DNA from: Octopus sinensis
Lineage: Eukaryota
DNA: 64,000 nucleotides
Assembly: GCF_006345805.1 (NCBI RefSeq)
Contig: NC_043003.1
Span: 85,622,001 to 85,686,000 of the forward strand
Direction of reading: 5' to 3'
The notes below the pieces were generated by a model. It saw only the letters and a program-made list of their open reading frames with translations, did no database searches and was not told where the DNA came from. This document shows positions 51,937 to 61,746 of the stretch, piece by piece (the first letter of the stretch is position 1; every line of letters begins with the position of its first letter). The position numbers and the translations under genes were made by a program.

Positions 51937-54900
51937 GTATATGAATAATATGCTTACATTATAGGAATTTTAAAAATTTGAGAGAATTGAAGTAAATTTT
52001 TTTTTTATAGAGGAACTCAAAGTAGATAATGCTTTCAATAATAGCAAGTTGAATATTTGGTTAAAAAAACCCCTTGGATGGAATAAAGTTGAAGGCTGCT
52101 TATGGGACCCAACCCACATCTGTGAACATGGCAACTGTGTCTGTTTCATTGTTAGCCATTAACTTTTTTCCATTCAAGGGTTTTTTAAGCCCATTATTCT
52201 ACACACTATTTTGTGTGAGGGGTACTGAAAAGTTCCTGGCTTTGGGTAAAAGAAAATACAGGAGGATCAGTTGATTATGATTTTATTCAACATAATCCTC
52301 TCTCAGATTCACACACTTATTGCAGCAGTCTTACAATTTTTCTAAGCCCTCTGAAAGAACTTGGAAGTTTGGGCCTCCATCCAGGAACTTGGCAGCACCC
52401 CTTGTGTGTGTGTATAAAGTTCATGTTCAGTTAAATGAAGGAAAGAAAATGCAGAGTTAAGATGATAATAATCATTTTCTTTTAAAAAATTGGTAATCTT
52501 TACTTTTTACAGCTGTTTCCATTAGTGGTCAATTGGTAAATTACAAATGTATGCTTTAAATTTGCATGTATATGTTATGAGCATAATTTCATCAGGGAAA
52601 GTTATACATTAAGATATTACATGTGGACCCTTCCATTCATGCAAGCAGACTAAATAAGTAGTTGTTAATTTTTATTGCTATGTGTGGCTTTTTTCCATTA
52701 AATTTTATTCAACAAAAATAATAGCAATATTTAAGAAAAAACGTCTTTAAATGACGGTCTGACTGTCTTCCAAGCAAATGGGAACCAGTAATTGAAGTAG
52801 ATGGTAAATATTCTCTGGAATAATCATTTAAAGATGTTTTTGTTACATGTTGTTATTTTTATTGAATATAATTTGTTGAAAAAATGCCACAATAATCATG
52901 CACCAACCCAATAGATTAATTTCCTAAGTAATCATCCAAGATCAATTAAAAATGCATTAGTCTCTAACATTGGGAAAAGACTAACATATCTAATGAAGAT
53001 ATATTCATGAAACATGCAGATTATTATAACATAGCTCTAGTTAAAGCTGGATGTAGAGATAAAATACCATTGACTAAACAATATTGATAAAGAGGATAGA
53101 ATTAATTACAAGAGAAGAGCTAAAACTGAAAAGTTTGGTAATTGAATTGCAGCTAAAACTAGTAATAAAGATAAATGTAGAATTAATAGTTCCTCTATTA
53201 ATAAACTGCTAACTGATAATGATAATAAACTCAAAATTAATATGAATCAACCTTGAAATAGTAAACATAATATAGTAAAATCTAATATTAAGTTAGCTTA
53301 TAAACCTAAGATTGATAATAAACAACCATTCAAAAGTTATAATTATTCTTATAGTGACAACATAAATACAGTAATATGAATAAACCAATAATTACCTTGA
53401 ATAACAACAACATTGATAATCCAAATAATATATTTGTAATAGTGTAAACAAATCCTTTTACTCCTTCCATTAACTTTACTGAATTAAAAAAACAACTACA
53501 AACTAATTATAATTCTGATGAACTCAATACAATTTGGTTAATTATTCTTTATGCAATGTAAATTAAAATTAACTGTATTTAAGTTGATATATAAGTCTAT
53601 TTATGAGCATTTTAACACCGATAGCAAATATAGTGAAATTATAAATTATAAAAATGTCAGAATTACCTTTAGCTTTACCCTTAACCTATTCTCAATTATA
53701 TCATTCACTAATAATGGAAAATTAAATAAATTCTACTCAAATAGAGATATCCAAGATATTAATTCATTTCAACTTAAACCCAATCTCCCAATCTTATACA
53801 AGGAAGGGAAGGAAGCACTCTGTCGTTTACGACGATGAGGGTTCCGGTTGATCCGAATCAACGGAACAGCCTGCTCATGAAATTAACGTGCAAGTGGCTG
53901 AGCACTCCACAGACACGTGCACCCTTAACGTAGTTCTCAGGGATATTCAGCATGACACAGAGAGTGACAAGGCCGGCCCTTTGAAATACAGGTACAACAG
54001 AAACAGGAAGTAAGAGTGAGAGAAAGTTGTGGTGAAAGAGTACAGCAGGGATCACCACCATCCCCTGCTGGAGCATCGTGGAGCTTTTAGGTGTTTTCGC
54101 TCAATAAACACTCACAACGCCCGGTCTGGAAATCAAAACCGCGAGTCCGCTGCCCTAACCACTGGGCCATTGCGCCTCCATAATCTTATACAATAATGAT
54201 AACAGCAATGGATTCCTGAACAACAGAAGGGAAATAACCCATTCTTAATTCCTTACTACCAATTCTTCTAATAAATAAACACAGACGGTTGTAAATGAAT
54301 ATTGTGACTGCAAAGTTAAAACTAATTGTAAATTTAAAAATTCATGTAAGACAGATAATGTACTCTACCAACGTACAGTTGAATCCCGGGGCAAAAAAAA
54401 ATTTATTATATAGGCTCTACCAAAAATAGGATTAAATTCAGTGTCTAGCCACCTACAGAGTTTTCAAAGTAGAGAAAAAATTAATTCCACCGGATTAAGT
54501 AAGTTCATATGGGATTTAAAGGATAATAACATTGAATTCAAAATTAAATGAGACATTATTTGTTCTGCAAGTTCTTATAGAGCCTCAAGTAAGAATTGTG
54601 AACTGTACCCTGAAGAAACTTTTAGAATCCTTACTTTAAAAAAAAATTTACTCAGTCCATGGAAAGAAAAATGTATTTCTTGTATTCATACAGCAAAATA
54701 TGTGTTCCCTAAGTTTAAATTTAAAAAAAGAATAAATATTTAATTATATTATAGGATAACATAACTATAAAATATAATATTAATAATAAATTGAAATTTA
54801 TATCTCCCCTTTTATTTGAATAATCTTTCTGAACCCTTTAGAGTCATTAACTCTACTATTGTTATTCTCTTCCTCCCATGTATTTATGCATTAGAAATAC

Positions 54901-56329
54901 TTATCATCATTAACCATATATATTTAATCATCATTTGCCTATATAACAAACTGAAATTAATATGTGCCCATTTATTGATGTTTTTTCAGAACCCTTTGGT
55001 GTTATTATATCCACTCAAACAATTCTCTTCCCATATATTTATACATAAATACAACATTGACTATACAATTTATCGTTGCTTTTATTTCCTTACATCAATA
55101 ACTATATTTTAACATTGTGACGTACATTTGCCATTTAAATATGGCTAACCCCTAAGGGTGGATGCTACTGTAGTTTGTAGCCCGAGGAAGACACCTCCTC
55201 CAGCTGGCCATAGACACACTTTCTGTGCTCTATCAGTGTTTGCAAAGGGAAGCCATCCTTCCTGTCTTCAACTTATGATACACACGGACTCGAGTTTCTG
55301 GGTATTGACCCGTCATCGGCATGTGACAATCACAGTTGTCGATGATAAGCAGGTTCCCTTCACAAACACTTATACTTTTTCCAGTATCGATAGACATTGA
55401 TATCGAAAAAGTGTAAACAAGCAATAATAAATCTCAGAGCAAGTTATAAACTGTAGCTACAACACATCGTGACGTACATTTGCCATTTAAATATGGCTAA
55501 CCCCTAAGGGTGGATGCTACTGTAGTTTGTAGCCCCAGGAGGACACCTCCTCCAGCTGGCCATAGACACACTTTCTGTTGAAGACGGGAAGGATGGCTTC
55601 TCTTTGCAAACACTGATAGGGCACAGAAAGTGTGTCTATGGCCAGCTGGAGGAGGTGTCCTCCTGGGGCTACAAACTACAGTAGCATCCTCCCTTAGGGG
55701 TTAGCCATATTTAAATGGCAAATATATGTCACGATGTGTTGTAGCTACTGTTTATAACTTGCTCTGAGATTTATTATTGCTTGTTTACACTTTTTCGATA
55801 TCAGTGTTTATCGATACTGGACAAAGTATAAGTGTTTGTGAAGGGAACCTGCTTCTTATTGACAACTGTGATTGTCACACGCCGATGACGGGTCAATACT
55901 CAGAAACCGTGTGTATCATAAGTTGAAGACGGGAAGGATGGCTTCCCTTTGCAAACACTGATAGGGCACAGAAAGTGTGTCTATGGCCAGCTGGCGGAGG
56001 TGTCCTCCTGGGGCTAAAAACTACAGTAGCATCCACCCTTAGGGGTTAGCCATATTTAAATGCCAAATGTACGTCACGATGTGTTGTAGCTACTGTTTAT
56101 AACTCGCTCTGAGATTTATTATTGATTATATATTTTAACATATTTTTATAAACTAATTTGAAAACTATACAGTTTATATAAATGTGTGATTATATGCATG
56201 ATGTATATACGTATGTTTAGGTATGTGTATATTTGTGCATTTATGTACACAGCTATGTATATGCAAGCACATATGTGTGCATATGTATTTATGTATATGC
56301 ATGTATGTACATATGTGTAAGTATGTATA

Positions 56330-56363
<34 letters not shown>

Positions 56364-58095
56364 CACACACGTATGTATGTATGTATATCTGTCTTTGTGT
56401 ATCTGTATGTATGTATATGAATATGTACTCGTATGCATATATATATGTGAGTGTATGCATGTATGTATCAGAATAACCGTTGTGACTAAATACATTTCCT
56501 TCTGGAGATGCTATTGTGTGTACACACTAGTTTAAAATTTCTTCAACCAATGGTAATTGATTGACTGATTTTGGATCTATATGTTTTTTTTTATATGTAA
56601 ATGACTATGAATATATATGTATTTACACATTTTATATATATATATGTTTATATCTCATAATTGGATAGTTTACTTCTAATTTACTTTTTTTACATTTATA
56701 TTATTCATTTAATTTTATTTCCATTTTTCCATTATTTACTTTGAAATTTATTCTATCTTATTCTTTACTTTACCTTATTACTCATTATATTCTAACTGAT
56801 CTGTTAACCCTTGACACACACACATAACAATAAAAATAATAACTCCTTATTTAGTCTGCTTGCATAAACGGAAAGGTCCGCATCTAATATCTTAATGTTT
56901 ATCTTTCTCTGATGAAATTATGCACATAACATATAAATGCAAATTTAAAGCATAAATCTGTAATTTACCCATTGAGCACTAATGGAAATGGCTGCAAGAA
57001 ATAAATATTATCAATTTTTTTAATAATGTATAATTATTATATTCTTAGCTCTCCGTTTTAGTTCCTTCATTTAACTGAACATGAACTTTATTCTTAATAT
57101 ATACCTCTTGATTTATGGAAATTTCATTTCCCAATATTGCTAGGTATAAAACCAGTATTCCCTTGGATGCAGCCATCCTTTTACGAGATTAACTCATCCT
57201 CTAAGCTACTTATATATATAGAGTAATAGTTTTGTATTTGGATATACACCTTGTAATATGCTGTTTAAAGCCCATTCCCCGTATTTGGCTACCTGATGTC
57301 ATCAATAGTATGGAGGTATATGCCACTGGATTTATATCAGGAATTCCTTTGAGTCTGTAGAGTTTATAAAATATGAGAGAAAGAAAATATGTTGATCTCT
57401 GGTTGCTCTTGGTACTGTTCTTTCATTTCGTCTTTATTTTTCTATTTCAGTATGAATTCAATGTGTCCTTTCTTGAGATTTACAATGAAACCATTCATGA
57501 TTTACTGAGTGACAAAGATGAGGAGAAGCACGATATCAAAATGGCTGCTGACAAATCAAGTATAATAACTGTTAGCAATCTGACTATTGTTCCAGTAACA
57601 TCTCGAGCCCAGGTAAAATACTGCTGCTTAAACTACAGTAATATAGATTTAGCCGTAGGTGTTTTTTTAAGAAGCTTGTTAGCTTGTTTTGCAACCTTGT
57701 GGTTTCAGGGTCACTGCCACTGGGTGATGCCGTGTTTAAGTTTCTTCTATCATAAGTCTTGAGCCCACCAAATCCTTGAGAGAGGAATTGGTAGGTGGAA
57801 GCTGAAAAAAAGCCCATTCTGTGTGCTAGTGTGTGTGTGTGCATATCTTGATATGTGTATGTGTAAGCTTGGGTGTGTATATATGTGTGTGTTTGTCTGC
57901 CTGCCTGGGCATGCTTGTGTGTGTTTATATGTGTCTGCTTTGGTGTGTGTGTATATATGTATATGTTTGTATGTGTGTGTCTACTTGGATGTGTATGTGT
58001 GTATGTCTGCTTGGATGTATATGTATATATATGCATGTGTGTCTGCATGCCTGGGTATACTTGTGTGTGTGTGTGTATTATAAATGTATGTCTGC

Positions 58096-58144
<49 letters not shown>

Positions 58145-59383
58145 GTGTTTGTGTCTCCTTATCTTGAGATCATGTGCTAGTTGTAAACAAATGTTGCCAT
58201 TATACAAGCAGTGTTGTTTGTTTGCAGTGTTTCATGAAATTACTTTTGGCCCTTGTGCTGTTTGAGTGATTTCTACAAGAAATATTGCCTTACTTGTGAA
58301 CATGAGAGGTATGATAACAGGAAGAGCAAGCTGGTCATAGAAAATATGCCTTAATGAAGTGTATGAAGTTTTAACCCTTTGCATTGTTATATTTCTGTTG
58401 AAATATACTACTTTTATTTCCATAAATTTCAAGAATATTAACCCTTTCGTTATCAACCGGGCTGAAACCAGCTCTGGCTCTGTAGTACAAATGCCTTGCT
58501 TTCATAAGGTTTTAATTAAAATCTTCCACCAAACCTTAGTCACAATTTATGTTCCTAACACTAGCTGAATGATAACTAAGTTATTTTACTAAATTCTTTG
58601 TTATATTTAAAGTAATTGAAAGAAACACAGAGCATCTCAAAATAAATACAGTAATGAAAAGGATTAAAGAATTTATTTGGAGCATAAATTAACATGGAAT
58701 TTTAATGGAATTATAATACTTTAAATGCAATGTTATTACCATTTCAGATATGCATGTGGAACATTTGGATTCATAAATAAACCATTTGTTGTATTCCGTC
58801 ATGGAGAAACACATGATAAAACACAGAGAATGACTTATTTACAAGTCCAAACATACCACGTGCATATTTGAGCTGGTAATAACATTACGTTTATAAACTT
58901 CACTGCTTAGCACTCCCCCTCCATTATACTTTAAATCACTTTAAAATGGGAAGTTTGTATTATAGTACAAAGGCCGGTTTCAGATATGTTGGTATCAAAA
59001 GAGTGAAGAGTCTTTTTGCTTTATAATATTTAAAGTTGTTCGTTGAATTTTCTTTGCAGATTCATAGGCTGTTGTTGAAGGCCTCTAAGAAACGTGCTGT
59101 TGGTGAAACCAAACTCAATGAGCGCTCATCTCGTAGCCACAGTGTGTTCACACTTGCTCTCAAAGGGAATAATGATCTAACTGGAGAGAGCTGCAATGGT
59201 TGGTAATAGTTTTAGAGATTTAGGATGATTGTCTCTTTGATATTTGTGTTATTTTTTAGTCCTGTAGCTATTTTTTCTTTGTCTGCATGAGTGGCTGTGT
59301 GGTTAAGAAGTTTGCTGCTCAACCCACATGGGCTGACCAAAGCCTTGTGAGTGCATTTGGTAGATGGAAACTGAAAGAATTCC

Positions 59384-59445
<62 letters not shown>

Positions 59446-61708
59446 ATAAATGTAAAAACCAATTTCTGTGTCAGTGTGTCACACTTAGACCCCTTCTCTT
59501 ACTATTCAATGACACTCCTTCTATTCCTCATGATGGGGTGGGAGTAATAGTAGGTAGGCATAGAGAATGTGAAGGCGGTGGTGAAGACAGAGAGAGAGAG
59601 AAAGAGAGAGACAAAGAAATTTAGGGAGAGTTGATGTTTTATTGAAACATTTCGCCCAGCATGCTAAGGATTCTGCCAGCTCGTCACTGTAATATAATAT
59701 AATAATATAATACAATAAATGTGAATGTCAGTGTGTTAAACTTTTTCAACTTTACTTCTAGAGGCCGTAGCCCAACATGTCATACCATTTTGGAATCATG
59801 CTGACTCTGTGAGTCAATTGAAAACATTCTGGTTCAAATTTGGACCCACAATCCTGAAATTTTGGATTCCTAAGTTTTCAATACTGTGATTGTTTTTGGC
59901 AATTTTTTTTTCTTTTTCTACATGACTTTTTGTGACATTTTTATGTACGATAGCAATTTTTATAATCTAAAGGCTAACTTCATAGTAAGCTAAAAACATT
60001 CTGGGCTGAATCTGGACTTGCAATCCTGAAATTTTGAATTCTTAGGTTTCATTACTGTGATTTGTTTCATCAATTTTTTTTTTTTTTTACATGATTTTTT
60101 GCTATGAATATGATCATCATTCTTTATGTTCTGATTTGAAATTCCTATAAGGTCAACTTTAAACTTAGCCTTCATCCTTTTGGAGTTAACAAAATAAAAT
60201 ACCTGCCAAGTACTAGGGTCAATGTAATTGACTTCTTTCCTTGAAAATTACTGGTCTAATGCTAAAATTAGAAAGAATTATTATAAATACTGTCAGTATT
60301 TATGCACAAATGAGGCTGTTACAGTAATAGAAATGAGATAAGAGAAGTAGTTGTGTGTTTGGGAGCTTGTGATTGCAGAGTGAGTTTGAATATGTTAAAT
60401 GAGGGATTCAATAATCACTTGGGGTTTCCTTGAATTTACTCTTTGCTTTGGCTTTCAAATGTTTGTATATAATGATATATAATGAAATTATTGTATACAG
60501 TGCTCAGGTGCACCTGAGTTGTGTGTTTAGTTGTTGCACTGTACAACAGATGTGAGCACTACTCCAGCCTAGGCAGATCTGATTTTAAGAGCCTTTTAGG
60601 AGGGGAAGGTCAGCAACTGACATTGGCTCTATAACAGTTTCTCAACCATTTTTACCTATGGACCCCTTTGATTGTTATTTTACTCGGGTGGACCCTCTTA
60701 GCTATTCATTGTTTTAAAAATCCTATTATATTTTTACAATTAAATATTATTAAAAATTGTATTAAAATTAAAAAAAATATTTTGTGTGTTGTAGAAGTAT
60801 AACTAATTTATTGAACATAAATTTTAACAACAACATTTTACATGAACCCTTTGTTATGCAGAAGCTTTGCTCCAACCATTTTTCTCTCCATATATTTTGT
60901 TTATTCTAACTATTAAAAAAAAAAAAAAGTTGAAATTAATGTGAAATGTTTCCATTCTGTTTTTTTATAGGCTCCTTGAATCTTGTTGATTTGGCTGGCA
61001 GTGAACGACTCAAGGACTCTGGTAGTGAGGGCAAAAGACTTAAAGAGACTCAGTGCATTAACAAGAGTCTCTCAACTCTCAGCACTGTATTCACTTCTCT
61101 TGCTAACAAGGTAAGTTCACTCATTAGCCTTTTCATTACCAAGTACATATGTGGCTGTGTGGTTCTGGCTTCAGTCCCACTACATGGCACCTTGGGCAAG
61201 TGTGTTCTACTATAATCCCGGGCTGATCAAAGTTTTGTGAGTGGATTTGGTTGACAGAAATTGAAAGAAGTTCTTTGTGTGTGTGTATAATGTGTGCCCT
61301 TTCCTTGACTCACACAGTGGTTGTAAATGAGCATCCTCATCACATAAATGTTGTTTGTTCCTAGTCTCTCATGAAAAGTTAAATGAAGCAGCATTGAATA
61401 TAATATATACATTTGTGTAAAGTCATATTTTATACTTTTGTGTAGACTTGGACTTAAGAAAACCTTTTGCTGCAGAAATATCAGACGGGTGGATATCAAA
61501 AGGAGCACAGGCATAACTAGGAAGTACGTGGTTACTTCTCAACCACATACTTTCTGGTTCAGTCTCATTGTATGGCACCTTGGGCAAGTGTCTTCTATTA
61601 TAGTCTTGGGCCAACCAAAGACTTGTGAGTGGATTTGGTAGATGGAAACTGAATGAAGCCCGTCATATATCTCATGCCAGCATGCAAAACGAACATTAAA
61701 AGATGATG

Positions 61709-61746
<38 letters not shown>

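Larger units (their letters stand above)
55116..56128. mobile_element. Fold-back tandem array of a 352-bp hammerhead-containing monomer (retrozyme/PLE-pLTR-like), 13-bp TSD
   Basis: GTGACGTACATTTGCC at 55117 and 55469 (period 352). Reverse-oriented copies end at 55732 and 56077 (period 345). Inversion junction at 55577-55578 (GT microhomology). TATATTTTAACAT at 55103-55115 and 56129-56141. Confidence 0.9.
52498..57005 (+). mobile_element. Penelope-like element (Naiad-like): inverted 5' terminal repeat, truncated RT + GIY-YIG ORF, long 3' region and 3' terminal repeat
   Basis: Inverted ~185-bp repeats at 52498-52686 and 56819-57005. The ORF remnant ~52687-54743 includes [78 protein letters not shown]. 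Confidence 0.8.

Noticed and set aside
54300-54743. Selenocysteine TGA in the Naiad-like ORF
   Set aside because: The in-frame TGA falls at a position where Trp is expected, and the ORF has other stops and frameshifts, so it is ordinary decay. No SECIS identified.
56146-58265. Long Cys/Val/Tyr/His-rich ORFs
   Set aside because: Translations of (TA)n/(TG)n microsatellites.
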